64,000 nucleotides of DNA, taken from NCBI GenBank assembly GCA_030704665.1, contig JAUYID010000009.1:662462-726461 (forward strand). Direction: 5' to 3'. The position numbers and the translations under genes are program-made. The notes beneath the pieces are model-generated. The model worked only from the letters and a program-made list of their open reading frames with translations, was not told the DNA's origin and did not search any database. Of the stretch, positions 9,350-18,633 are shown piece by piece; position 1 is the stretch's first letter; each line of letters starts with the position of its first letter. Source of the stretch: a bacterium (GTDB taxonomy: Bacteria > Patescibacteriota > Microgenomatia > Woykebacterales > RBG-16-39-9b).

Positions 9350-10485
9350 ATCTCTACGAATTTGAGGGTCTCCAACTTTTTGATAAAGCTGAAATCCCAA
9401 CTCCAAAAAGAGTTTTAGTTAACTCCACTGAAGAATTAAACAAAGTGGACTTTCCTGGTCCTTACGTCGCCAAGGCTCAAGTCCTTTCCGGAAAAAGAGG
9501 TAAATCTGGACTAATCAAAATTTTAGACAACCTGGACGAGAAAGAAATCGCCAGACTTTTGGCTTCTTCAAATGGTCGCGTTTTGATTGAAGAAAAATTA
9601 GTTGCCGAAAAAGAGTATTACTTGTCAATCACCTACAGCACAAAGCGGCGCCAACCAGTCATTCTTTTTTCTGAAGCGGGTGGGGTCGATATCGAAGCGG
9701 TTAAAAATGTTCAAGAGTTTCCGGTTGATTTAACCCTAGACTTTAGTTTTAAAAAACTTGACCCCGAAGTTAACACTATAGTAGAGAAGCTCTGGAAAGT
9801 TTTTACGCAGAACGATGCTCGCTTGGCTGAAATCAACCCACTTTTTAAGACCAAAGCTGGTCTAGTGGCGGTTGATGCCAAAGTAATTTTGGATGATGAC
9901 GCCCTTTCCCGCCATGAGGATCTCAGCTTTGAGCCGCGTGATGTCATCGGCAAAAAACCAACCGAGGAAGAACTAGCTGCAGCTGAAATCGACAAAGAAG
10001 ACCACCGCGGCTCGGCGGGTAGTAGCTACATGCAGCTAGAGGGAAACATAGGAATCATTGCTGCTGGTGGAGGCGGTTCTCTAGTCAATATGGACGCTCT
10101 GGTCGCTCTAGGAGGCGAGCCGGCTAACTACACTGAGCATTCGGGCAATCCACCGAGAGAAAAGATTGAGAAACTAACTAAGGTTGTTCTGGGAAAAACT
10201 GGGTTAATCGGTTGTTGGCTAGTTGGGGCGACTGCCAACTTCACTGATATGTATGAAACTCTCTCCGGCTTTGTGGATGGGTTACGAGCAATTAAACCGA
10301 AACCTGATTATCCGATTGTAATAAGGCGAGGTGGTCCACGCTGGGAAGAGGCGAAAGCCATGCTTGAAAAAGTTAAACAAGAGGAAGGTTTTGATCTTCA
10401 TATTTTTGGACCAGAAACACCAATGACCTCAACTGCCAAAACCATGGTTGAACTGGCCAACAAATACAAGGAAAATAAGCAGTGA
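9346..10485 (+). CDS. sucC: Succinyl-CoA synthetase beta-subunit-like (ATP-grasp; SucC/AclB/CcsA family)
   Basis: 379 aa. MNLYEFEGLQLF N-terminus and a C-terminal EGNIGIIAAGGGGSLVNMDALVALGGEPANY CoA-ligase domain. Confidence 0.75.
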   Translation: MNLYEFEGLQLFDKAEIPTPKRVLVNSTEELNKVDFPGPYVAKAQVLSGKRGKSGLIKILDNLDEKEIARLLASSNGRVLIEEKLVAEKEYYLSITYSTKRRQPVILFSEAGGVDIEAVKNVQEFPVDLTLDFSFKKLDPEVNTIVEKLWKVFTQNDARLAEINPLFKTKAGLVAVDAKVILDDDALSRHEDLSFEPRDVIGKKPTEEELAAAEIDKEDHRGSAGSSYMQLEGNIGIIAAGGGGSLVNMDALVALGGEPANYTEHSGNPPREKIEKLTKVVLGKTGLIGCWLVGATANFTDMYETLSGFVDGLRAIKPKPDYPIVIRRGGPRWEEAKAMLEKVKQEEGFDLHIFGPETPMTSTAKTMVELANKYKENKQ

Positions 10486-10925
10486 TTAAGGGAATCATTT
10501 TTGACTTTGGTTACACTATCTACGACCCCGACAAACAAAGTCTTCTACCCGAAGTCCTAGCCTTACTTGAAAAACTTAAAGGTAAATTCAAGCTTGCTTT
10601 GATAAGTCGAACTGCAGATCCTGAAAAGCGGCTCCAACAAATTGAAGAGCTTGGGTTAAACAAGTGGTTTGAGGCAGTTGCCGTGACACCGAAGGGAGAA
10701 AACAAGGATTTGGAACAATTTTTGGAAAAACTAAAGCTGTCTCCAGAAGAAACTCTAGTGGTTGGGGATCGAGTCGACAGTGAAATACGCCAAGGCAATT
10801 TACTCGGTATGCAAACTGCGCATTTTAATTATGGTCCAAGACAAGAAATCAAACCTCAGAGTGAGGCGGAAAAAGCTAAGTTTGAAATTAACAATTTGGC
10901 AGAAATTGAAAATTTAATCTTATGA
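10482..10925 (+). CDS. HAD-superfamily hydrolase (small)
   Basis: 147 aa. N-terminal IIFDFGYTIYD (DxD-like motif I) and a distal VVGDRVDSEI (motif IV). Its reading frame overlaps both flanking genes by 4 nt. Confidence 0.55.
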   Translation: MIKGIIFDFGYTIYDPDKQSLLPEVLALLEKLKGKFKLALISRTADPEKRLQQIEELGLNKWFEAVAVTPKGENKDLEQFLEKLKLSPEETLVVGDRVDSEIRQGNLLGMQTAHFNYGPRQEIKPQSEAEKAKFEINNLAEIENLIL

Positions 10926-11818
10926 GCATTTTAATTGACAAAAAGACCAAAGTTCTCGTTCAAGGCATTACCGGCAAAGAAGGCTCAAGAGCGGCCGAAC
11001 AAATGCTTGCTTATGGTACTGAGGTGGTCGCCGGAGTAACTCCGGGCAAAGGCGGGCAAGAGGTTTTCGGTAAAGCCGTTTACAACAGCGTCAAAGAAGC
11101 TTTGGTCAAACATCCTGAGATCAACACTACCTCCATCGCTGTCCCCGGCGTCTTCGCCAAGGCAGCTATGCTTGAAGCAATTGAAAATAAAATTCCTCTC
11201 ATTCATGTCTTGACTGAACACGTTCCAATTCTTGATTCAGCAATTGCTTTCGCGAGGGCAAAAAAAGCGGGGGTAAGAATTGTGGGTCCCAGTTCAATTG
11301 GCATCATCTCACCTGGAGAAGCCAAACTCGGTAGTATTGGTGGCTCGGATCCAAATTTTTCCTACCAATCCGGAGAAATAGGTGTTATTTCCAAATCTGG
11401 GGGCATGACCAGCGAAATCTCTTTCATTTTGAAAAAAACCGGTCTTGGCGTCTCCACTGCCGTGGGAATTGGGGGAGACATGATTATTGGCTCGACTTTT
11501 GCTGATCTGGCCGGAATTTTTAAAGACGATCCAAAAACCAAAGCTTTGGTAATTTACGGTGAGCAGGGTGGGACCTATGAAGAAGACTTGGCCGAGTATT
11601 TGCTCAAATCTAAATTTGAAAAACCGGTCGTGGCTTTCATCGCCGGAATTTTTGCTGAAAGTTTGCCGGCCGGCCAAGCACTGGGACACGCCGGAGCACT
11701 CATTGAATCCGGCAAGGGTAGAAGAATCGACAAAGTCAAAGCTCTTGAGAAAGCCGGAGTTGGAGTTGCAGCTGTTCCGGATGAGCTGCCCAAAGTCTTG
11801 CAAGAAAGGTTAAAATAA
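10922..11818 (+). CDS. sucD: Succinyl-CoA synthetase alpha-subunit-like (SucD/AclA-N/CcsB family)
   Basis: 298 aa. MSILIDKKTKVLVQGITGKEGS is near-identical in pattern to SucD N-termini, and the phosphohistidine loop GHAGAL is present. Confidence 0.8.
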   Translation: MSILIDKKTKVLVQGITGKEGSRAAEQMLAYGTEVVAGVTPGKGGQEVFGKAVYNSVKEALVKHPEINTTSIAVPGVFAKAAMLEAIENKIPLIHVLTEHVPILDSAIAFARAKKAGVRIVGPSSIGIISPGEAKLGSIGGSDPNFSYQSGEIGVISKSGGMTSEISFILKKTGLGVSTAVGIGGDMIIGSTFADLAGIFKDDPKTKALVIYGEQGGTYEEDLAEYLLKSKFEKPVVAFIAGIFAESLPAGQALGHAGALIESGKGRRIDKVKALEKAGVGVAAVPDELPKVLQERLK

Positions 11819-11824
11819 TTCCAC

Positions 11825-12307
11825 ATGCAGTTTGTCGAACCGCCCTCGAGAAAGGCAAAACGTCCAGTCATATCAGCTATTTTTTCCTTCCTTTATCTTT
11901 TAATTTTTCTTTTCGCTCTCAGTTTGCCGTTTCTTTATCAAAACTTGCCTTTCATTAGCTACCTGGGGCTCACAAAAACTTTAGTCCTGGTCCCGGCTGC
12001 GGTTTTGGCTGCCTATGCTTTTTTGATTGCTTTTTCCTTTTTTCTGCGGGGGGACAATTGGCTCCTTCTCTCGATTGTCATTCTTTTCTTCTCCACCCTA
12101 GGAGCGGTTTTTCTTCTTGTCCTCGGCATCATGACTGGGAAAAACCTGCCGAACGGGATTCCGAGCTGTGTTAATGATATAAGTTTGTGTAATTCAACTG
12201 ATGGCTTTACCTTGCTTTCTGCCCTTCTTCTTGGTATATCTATACCTACCCTAGTTCTGAATCTTTTAACTTTTATTGCTGCTTACAAAACTATGGGAAC
12301 CAAATAA
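11825..12307 (+). CDS. Hypothetical polytopic membrane protein (about 4 TM)
   Basis: 160 aa, highly hydrophobic. It lies between the sucD-like gene and the citrate-synthase-family gene. Confidence 0.4.
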   Translation: MQFVEPPSRKAKRPVISAIFSFLYLLIFLFALSLPFLYQNLPFISYLGLTKTLVLVPAAVLAAYAFLIAFSFFLRGDNWLLLSIVILFFSTLGAVFLLVLGIMTGKNLPNGIPSCVNDISLCNSTDGFTLLSALLLGISIPTLVLNLLTFIAAYKTMGTK

Positions 12308-13074
12308 TGCGTATGTCAGAAAAAACTTGGAAAACTGCGATCACAACTTCAAAAGACGGTGTTCCCCAAATCAAAGGTTACAAACTAACTGATTTACTTC
12401 AAAAAGTAACCTTCACGCGAGCAATATTTTTAATCTTGACCGGAGAACTACCTGAGCCAAAGCAAGAAAAAATGCTCAACGCGGTCTTGGTTGCCTCGAT
12501 TGATCATGGGGTTGAAGCTCCCTCAACGACAGTGGCGAGAATAACCGTCGGCGATGGTGTTCCTCTTGCCAACGCGGTTGCTGCCGGTATCGGAGCCATT
12601 GGTAAATATCACGGCGGGGCGGTTGAAGCTGCGGCCAAACTTTTCCAAGAGGCTGTCAAGAACAACGAGTCTGCAGACTCAATAGTTAAACAAGCTAAGG
12701 AAGAGTCTCGCCGTTTGCCAGGCTTTGGCCACAAAGTTTACGAAGTAGATCCTAGAACAGCTGCAATTCTCGAAGTTTCCCAAGAAATTGGTTTTGGCGG
12801 GCCACACACAGAACTGGCGACCAAAATCGAAGAAGAACTCAACCAAGTTTCCAGCAAAAAACTGCCGCTTAATATTGATGGTATCACCGCAGCTGTGCTT
12901 TCTGATCTTGGTTTACCTTGGCAACTTGGTAATGGTTTCTTTGTCATTGCTCGCACTGTTGGTCTGGTCGCTCATGTTCATGAAGAATTAACTGCCGAAA
13001 AACCAGTTTCCCACCGCCTCAGTGAGGAAGACGTCCTCTACAACGGCCCCGAAAGTCGTCAACTACCAAAATAA
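12307..13074 (+). CDS. Short citrate-synthase-family protein, citryl-CoA lyase (CCL)-like
   Basis: 255 aa, versus >370 aa for true citrate synthases. It contains the citrate synthase signature region LPGFGHKVYEVDPRTA, and its length matches the CCL / ATP-citrate-lyase C-terminal domain. Confidence 0.6.
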   Translation: MRMSEKTWKTAITTSKDGVPQIKGYKLTDLLQKVTFTRAIFLILTGELPEPKQEKMLNAVLVASIDHGVEAPSTTVARITVGDGVPLANAVAAGIGAIGKYHGGAVEAAAKLFQEAVKNNESADSIVKQAKEESRRLPGFGHKVYEVDPRTAAILEVSQEIGFGGPHTELATKIEEELNQVSSKKLPLNIDGITAAVLSDLGLPWQLGNGFFVIARTVGLVAHVHEELTAEKPVSHRLSEEDVLYNGPESRQLPK

Positions 13075-13161
13075 TCGGCCTTACTTCCCTAATAAATTTG
13101 TTTCTACGGTCGCCAGACTAGATCTCGCTCCTTAATTAGGAATTATAGGATATAATTGTTT

Positions 13162-13175
13162 GCGAATGGATTCGC
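13162..13175 (+). promoter_or_regulatory. Perfect inverted repeat GCGAAT-gg-ATTCGC just downstream of a TATAAT box (13151-13156)
   Basis: 6-bp arms with a 2-nt spacer, about 40 bp upstream of the 13214 ATG. An operator-like position. Confidence 0.3.
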
Positions 13176-13213
13176 TTTAACTACCCCCCCAGTTTAGCGA
13201 ATAGGAGAAGATC

Positions 13214-13771
13214 ATGATTGCCTGGTGTTTCAAGTGTGGTAAGGAAAGGCCGCAAATTGGACGTTGTCCCGTCTGCAAAGGCATGACACGGACACAATTC
13301 CGGTCTTCCAACACTTCCGCGGAATCAACTCCCGATCGTCAGGATCAGGATCGTTTGCTCATCGAAGTCCTAAGTAGCTCTGACGAAATCGATCTTGATG
13401 AACTCTCTGCAGAATTCGACTTGGATCCAACGGAGGTGGACATGACCATCGTCATCGTTGACGACGATCCGACAGTTCGCGTCGCTCTCAAAAACTTCTT
13501 GACCGATTCGGGAAGCAGCACAGTCGCCGTTGAGAGCGCCGGGATAGCCTTACTTGCTCCAGACGGTTATTACGGCAACTTCGACATCGCCGTGATCGAC
13601 GGGCTAAACGGAAGGGCTACCGAGGTGGAGAGACGGATTCTGACCGACAAGCCAAATTGCCGGACTATCTGTTTCAGTGGTGATGAAAAACCCAAAGGCT
13701 TTCGAGGCATCTACGTACCCAAGCCCAATTTCCTCGATCTCACCGCTGCGATTGAAGCCCTGACCGCCTAA
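13214..13771 (+). CDS. Zinc-ribbon plus receiver (REC)-domain protein: a single-domain response regulator with an N-terminal CxxC..CxxC
   Basis: 185 aa. CFKCGKERPQIGRCPVC zinc ribbon and an acidic linker. The REC-like core runs IVIVDDDPTVR...DIAVID...ICFSG...YVPKP. The gene is conspicuously GC-rich and has a strong SD (TAGGAGAAG). Confidence 0.5.
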   Translation: MIAWCFKCGKERPQIGRCPVCKGMTRTQFRSSNTSAESTPDRQDQDRLLIEVLSSSDEIDLDELSAEFDLDPTEVDMTIVIVDDDPTVRVALKNFLTDSGSSTVAVESAGIALLAPDGYYGNFDIAVIDGLNGRATEVERRILTDKPNCRTICFSGDEKPKGFRGIYVPKPNFLDLTAAIEALTA

Positions 13772-13792
13772 GCGCACAAACCCGCCCAAACA

Positions 13793-13826
13793 GACCCCCG
13801 CACGCCGCGAGGGTCTTTCCTTTTTT
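13793..13826. terminator. Bidirectional intrinsic terminator between convergent genes
   Basis: GACCCCCGC-ACGCC-GCGAGGGTC hairpin followed by TTTCCTTTTTTGG. It lies between the 13214 gene (+) and glyQS (-). Confidence 0.55.
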
Positions 13827-13842
13827 GGACATTTTAATTTTG

Positions 13843-15177
13843 TTAGGAAAGTTTTTCGAAAAGGAAGTTTTTTATTTCGGAAATCTTCACCCGTTCTTGC
13901 TCCATACTATCCCGATCACGAACTGTAACTGAAGCGTCCTCAAGTGAATCAAAATCGATGGTGATGCAGAATGGCGTTCCGATCTCGTCGGCTCGTCGGT
14001 AGCGCCGCCCGACAGTGGCGGACTCATCATACTGGACAAACCAGCTTTTCTTCAGATCTTGGTATATCTCTTGGGCGATTTTAACTAGTTTTGTGTCTTT
14101 TACCAGTGGGAGGACTGCCACCTTGATGGGAGCCACTCTCGGAGCAAATTTCATCACCAGCCGCGTTTCCTCTTCCCCTTTTTCGGCAGTTCGTACTTTT
14201 TCCTCAGTGTAAGCGTCAATCAGGACTGCGAGCATGGCTCGACCCACCCCAACTGAAGGCTCAATGACGTAGGGAATGACTCTTTCTTTGCTTTCCGGGT
14301 CGAAATACTCAAGTTTTTTGCCCGCAACTTTAGCGTGGTTTTTCAGATCAAAATCAGTGCGGTTGGCGATTCCTTCCAGCTCCGCAAAACCCATGAAAGG
14401 CCAGTCGTACCAAACCTCGCTAGTTGCCTTGGAATAATGAGCCAGATCTTCTTTGGGGAGATCAACCAGTTTGATATTTTCTTTTTTAATTCCCAGTGTC
14501 TTGATGTGCCAATTGAGTCTTTCTTCTCGCCAGTAATCAAACCACTCTTCGTCTTCGCCTGGTTTGACGAAATATTCTAGCTCCATCATTTCAAATTCGC
14601 GAACGCGGAAAAGAAAGTTGCCGGTGGTGATTTCATTGCGGAAACCTTTACCAATCTGAGCAATTCCAAAGGGAAGTTTAACTCGGCTGGATTGAAGAAC
14701 ATTGTCGAAGTTAATAAAAATTCCCTGAGCAGTTTCGGGCCGCAGGTAAGTAACCGCCGCCTCATTCTCCACTGGACCAAGATGAGTCTTGAACATGAGG
14801 TTAAAGTCCTTTGTGGGAGTCCAATCTTTTTTGCCACAGTTGCTACAATTTTTGTTTATATCAATATTATCGGCACGAAAACGTTGGTGACAGGCCTTAC
14901 ACTCAACCATCGGGTCAGAAAAACCAGCGATATGACCTGAAGCTTCCCAAACCTTGGAGTGATGAAGGATAGTTGAGTCCAGACCGACAACTTCGTCACG
15001 TGCTTGGACCATGGCCCTCCACCACAAACCTTTGATGTTGTCGGCTAGCAAAACTCCCAGTGGCCCAAGATCCCAAGTTCCGTTTAAGCCCCCATAGATT
15101 TCCGAGCCGGGAAAAACAAAACCCCGCCTTTTGGCAAGAGAAACAAGCTTTTCCATTACTTGGTTTTTCTTTTCCAT
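13843..15177 (-). CDS. glyQS: Glycine--tRNA ligase, alpha2 (class II, single-chain) type
   Basis: 444 aa with class II motifs (GFRNEITTGNFLFRVREFEMMELEYF, VIEPSVGVGR) and a C-terminal anticodon-binding domain. Confidence 0.9.
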   Translation of the reverse strand: MEKKNQVMEKLVSLAKRRGFVFPGSEIYGGLNGTWDLGPLGVLLADNIKGLWWRAMVQARDEVVGLDSTILHHSKVWEASGHIAGFSDPMVECKACHQRFRADNIDINKNCSNCGKKDWTPTKDFNLMFKTHLGPVENEAAVTYLRPETAQGIFINFDNVLQSSRVKLPFGIAQIGKGFRNEITTGNFLFRVREFEMMELEYFVKPGEDEEWFDYWREERLNWHIKTLGIKKENIKLVDLPKEDLAHYSKATSEVWYDWPFMGFAELEGIANRTDFDLKNHAKVAGKKLEYFDPESKERVIPYVIEPSVGVGRAMLAVLIDAYTEEKVRTAEKGEEETRLVMKFAPRVAPIKVAVLPLVKDTKLVKIAQEIYQDLKKSWFVQYDESATVGRRYRRADEIGTPFCITIDFDSLEDASVTVRDRDSMEQERVKISEIKNFLFEKLS

Positions 15178-15343
15178 AATTCGAAATAACCCTAATTTTA
15201 AAATTACTAAATTTCGAAATACATCGCGCGCGGGCTTACTTTTAATTTTCTCAGAAAAACCTTTAGCGCGATATTATTTTTGCATCTTTCGACATGGCTA
15301 AAAGTATAAGTGCTCTATAGCTTTATTGCAAGCTAGAGCGCTC

Positions 15344-15937
15344 TCAAAAACAGATTCGGAAAAGAAAGCAGGTTATTGCCGGTGTCACGAAAGCTTCGAC
15401 CAGGGCGGCCACTGCCAACAAAGCAATCACGAAAAACCCAACTCTTAAGCTTGCGATCAAGTCTTGAACAAAGACTTTTCTTTTTTCTTTTTTGGCAAAA
15501 AGCCAATGCAAACCCGTCCTGGTCGAGAGGCCAAACCCCACCAAACTGGCAGTGATTTCAAAAATCCCGTGGGGTAAAATCAGAAAAATTAATTTTAGCG
15601 GCGAGAGGACAGCGTAAATATCGAGGAAGCCAAAGTACATCCCAAAAATCATTCCATTGACAAAGGCAACGATAGTAGGCACCAGTCCAAAAAGGCCGAA
15701 GACAAAAGTTCCAATCAAAATGCCGCCGTTGCGTTCAAAAATAAACCAGGCTGTCTTTAGATCAGTTTCGAAGCCGATCTTTTGTAAGGACTTTCCGTAG
15801 CTTTGAAAAAAAGCTCGACTCAAATCAGGGTTGACTAGGGAAATTATTACCCCGCAGGCCACACCAAGAAGGAAAACAAAGACAATGTAGCCAATCCACC
15901 AACGCGCCTCAGAAACAAAATCCCAGGCCTTTTTCAT
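15344..15937 (-). CDS. DUF95/SpoIIM-family membrane protein
   Basis: 197 aa, multi-TM, with the LPHGIFEITA motif characteristic of the stage-II-sporulation-M/DUF95 family. Confidence 0.55.
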   Translation of the reverse strand: MKKAWDFVSEARWWIGYIVFVFLLGVACGVIISLVNPDLSRAFFQSYGKSLQKIGFETDLKTAWFIFERNGGILIGTFVFGLFGLVPTIVAFVNGMIFGMYFGFLDIYAVLSPLKLIFLILPHGIFEITASLVGFGLSTRTGLHWLFAKKEKRKVFVQDLIASLRVGFFVIALLAVAALVEAFVTPAITCFLFRICF

Positions 15938-16692
15938 AAGTTTTTGACCTGATCAATAAACTCTTCGGAAGCTAGATTTGCCTCAACAATATATTCGAGA
16001 TAAAAACCCAAATGCTGATCAATTTCTTTTTGCAGCAGTTTTGGTATCGAAAGCTTCTTTATTTGCTCCCAGTCTTCTTCAAGCAAAAAGCGCAAGATTT
16101 TTATTGCCTCCACCGAAACCGGACGAGCTAAGGATTCAGAGCTGCAGTTTTTATCAAGCAACCCTCCCATCCCTGGAGATAGTCTCTGACTCTCGGCTTG
16201 TAGAGGCCGGGTGCATTTCGTACAAACAAACAGCTGAGGTCGGAAACCAGCTTTGTCCAAAATTTTAATTTCGAAAGCGGACCGAAACAACTGCGCTTGG
16301 CCAAGATCCTGCGCAGAATTTATTCTTTCCAAGGCTTCTAAAAGTAAACCAAAGCTTCCTCTCGCTTCTTGCTCAGAGTCGAAAAGTCGATCGATAATTT
16401 CCGCAATTTTGTAGCCGTAACTGATTTTTTCGAGATCTTCCTTCAAAGTCTGAAACGAAGAGATCGTGGTTGCTTCGGTCAAGATATTGAAATTTTTGCT
16501 CTCAGAAAAAAAGAGTTTGGAGTGATTGAGCAGCTCAACGTTGCCTGCTCGACGCGACGAGACGCGCCGAATTCCTTTCGCCAAGGCGCGTATTTTGCCC
16601 TTGTTTTTAGTGAAAATTGTGAGGAGTTTGTCAGCTTCGCCAAAGTCACTGCGCTTCAAGACTATCCCTTCAGAACCCCAAGTACTCATCAC
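15934..16692 (-). CDS. recO: DNA repair protein RecO
   Basis: 252 aa. N-terminal OB-fold pattern (EGIVLKRSDFGEADKLLTIFT) and a CTKC...C zinc-finger region. Confidence 0.7.
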   Translation of the reverse strand: MMSTWGSEGIVLKRSDFGEADKLLTIFTKNKGKIRALAKGIRRVSSRRAGNVELLNHSKLFFSESKNFNILTEATTISSFQTLKEDLEKISYGYKIAEIIDRLFDSEQEARGSFGLLLEALERINSAQDLGQAQLFRSAFEIKILDKAGFRPQLFVCTKCTRPLQAESQRLSPGMGGLLDKNCSSESLARPVSVEAIKILRFLLEEDWEQIKKLSIPKLLQKEIDQHLGFYLEYIVEANLASEEFIDQVKNL

Positions 16693-16749
16693 CCTCTATC
16701 CTATACCAAACTAACCTCAACCTTCAACTTAAGTTGAATTTAACCCTCT

Positions 16750-17385
16750 TTACTGAGCTCCTTTACCACTGATGATTGCCGGCAGAGTCTTGAAAATGAC
16801 CTTGAGATCAGTCAGAAGCGATGGGTTCTTCGCGTAGTCCGCGTCCATGGCCGCCCGCTCCCGAAAGGAAATCTCGGACCGGCCCGAGACTTGCCAGACC
16901 CCGGAAGCACCCGGTTTAACTTTGGTCACCTCCTCAAGCAAAGGAACTAGGTCGGAATGGAGTTTCTTCTGCATTTCTAGCTCTTCCGGATAAAGTGCGC
17001 GCGGTCCCACCAAACTCATTTCTCCTTTGAGAACATTGAGCAGTTGGGGAAACTCATCAATACTGTAGCGGCGCAGGAAACGACCAATCCTAGTGATTCT
17101 TGGATCGCGGTCAAGTTTAAAGCTGTTCTTTTTCCACTTCTCCATCAGTTTTTTGTACTGTGGGTTTCTCTTGATTTCTTCGTGAGCGTTGGCAACCATG
17201 GTACGGAATTTGTACATCCGAAAAAGTTTGCCGTCTTTCCCAACTCGATGAGAAACTTCCACGAAAACCGGTCCTTCTGAATCAAATTTGATCAAAATTG
17301 AGGTCAAAACCAAGAAAGGTGAGGTAGCGACCAAAACTAAACTCGAAAGGACCAAATCTATTGTTCTTTTCAAAAATTTGTACAT
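16750..17385 (-). CDS. Initiating polyprenyl-phosphate sugar-phosphate transferase (bacterial sugar transferase, PglC/WbaP C-terminal-type)
   Basis: 211 aa with one N-terminal TM. DEFPQLLNVLKGEMSLVGPR is the hallmark motif. Confidence 0.8.
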   Translation of the reverse strand: MYKFLKRTIDLVLSSLVLVATSPFLVLTSILIKFDSEGPVFVEVSHRVGKDGKLFRMYKFRTMVANAHEEIKRNPQYKKLMEKWKKNSFKLDRDPRITRIGRFLRRYSIDEFPQLLNVLKGEMSLVGPRALYPEELEMQKKLHSDLVPLLEEVTKVKPGASGVWQVSGRSEISFRERAAMDADYAKNPSLLTDLKVIFKTLPAIISGKGAQ

Positions 17386-17419
17386 GTTTTAGAAATTTTT
17401 AGAAGGGCAGCAACCAATC

Positions 17420-18508
17420 TCATAAGTATTCAGTTTTGTTTCTTTTCTTGATTTCAGCGACAACCTTCTTGACATCCTGACTACGGTCTTTGGGACAGAT
17501 CAGTAGTGCGTCTGGGGTGTCTACCACAATCATTCCTTCTAGACCAATAGTCGCGATAAGCTTGCCTTCCTTCGAACCAAAAATGAGACAATCTTTAGTA
17601 TCAATATCAATGTGCTGACCTTTAACAACGTTGGCCGACCCACCCAAACTGGCTAGCTCATCCTTGAGAACATTCCAAGCCCCAACATCAGTCCAACCCA
17701 AATCTGCCTCAATCTCAATCTGGTCCTCACTACTGAGTTTTTCAAAAAGTGCGTAGTCAATCGCCTCTCGAGGAATTTTTTGGTATTCTTGCTCAACTAC
17801 TTTTTCTTCCCGACTGGTTCCGACTGCTTCTTGGATCTTTATCAAGGCAGCATAAACCTCGGGAGTGTGCTTTTGGAAAAGAGCCATGATTTTGTCTAGC
17901 TCCCAAACAAAATAACCGGTATTCCAAAGAAAATTCCCCTGTTTTAAAAACTTTTCTGCTGCTTCGTAGTTTGGTTTTTCGACATGTCGGGAAAATTGCC
18001 AAATGTCGAAGCCTTCCAAATTCTCAATCTTTTTGCCGATTTCGATATAACCTAAATGAACACTGGGAAAACTCGGGCGCACATCAACTTTGACGATAAC
18101 ATTTCTCTCTTTAGCTAGTTTTTCAGCTAGCTTCAAAGCTTTGACAAAAGTCGGCGTATTTTTGACCAAATGATCGGCTCCCCAGACCGCGGCCATGGTT
18201 TCACCAGGGAATTTTTTGGCTAAATAGGAAGCCGCAAAACCAACGGCGGCAAGATTGTCGCGCATTTCCGGCTCTCCCAAAATGTTCTCTGGTTTTAAAT
18301 GCGGCGCCTGTTCGGCAACAGTTTCGAGATAATCCTTACCGGTCAAAACAAAAACATCCTCTGGGTCGAAACCGGTCAGGATACGCTTGACCATCGCTTG
18401 AAAAAGCGACTCATCGTCGATCAATTTTTGAAATTGTTTGGGAAGAGCCTGGCGGCTCAGCGGCCACATTCGCGTCCCGGCTCCACCCGAAAAAATTACA
18501 ATCTTCAA
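17420..18508 (-). CDS. manC: Mannose-1-phosphate guanylyltransferase-like nucleotidyltransferase
   Basis: 362 aa. The SGGAGTRMWPLSR signature of the GMP / mannose-1-P guanylyltransferase family. Confidence 0.7.
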   Translation of the reverse strand: MKIVIFSGGAGTRMWPLSRQALPKQFQKLIDDESLFQAMVKRILTGFDPEDVFVLTGKDYLETVAEQAPHLKPENILGEPEMRDNLAAVGFAASYLAKKFPGETMAAVWGADHLVKNTPTFVKALKLAEKLAKERNVIVKVDVRPSFPSVHLGYIEIGKKIENLEGFDIWQFSRHVEKPNYEAAEKFLKQGNFLWNTGYFVWELDKIMALFQKHTPEVYAALIKIQEAVGTSREEKVVEQEYQKIPREAIDYALFEKLSSEDQIEIEADLGWTDVGAWNVLKDELASLGGSANVVKGQHIDIDTKDCLIFGSKEGKLIATIGLEGMIVVDTPDALLICPKDRSQDVKKVVAEIKKRNKTEYL

Positions 18509-18633
18509 TTTAGTTAACCTCCAATCCTATTGAAATCTTAAATTTTCTGTCATTTCCGAGTATACCCGAAGAATCTCTTTGGTTCTTAATTAATCAAGAC
18601 AAGCACTACTAAGTTTGCGAGACTTTTCTCCGC

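Noticed and set aside
15178-15343. Possible T-box leader upstream of glyQS
   Set aside because: The 166-bp gap is too short for a T-box. I could find no specifier-loop/T-box consensus (AATTAGGGTGGNACCGCG-like), only a repeated TTCGAAAT word.
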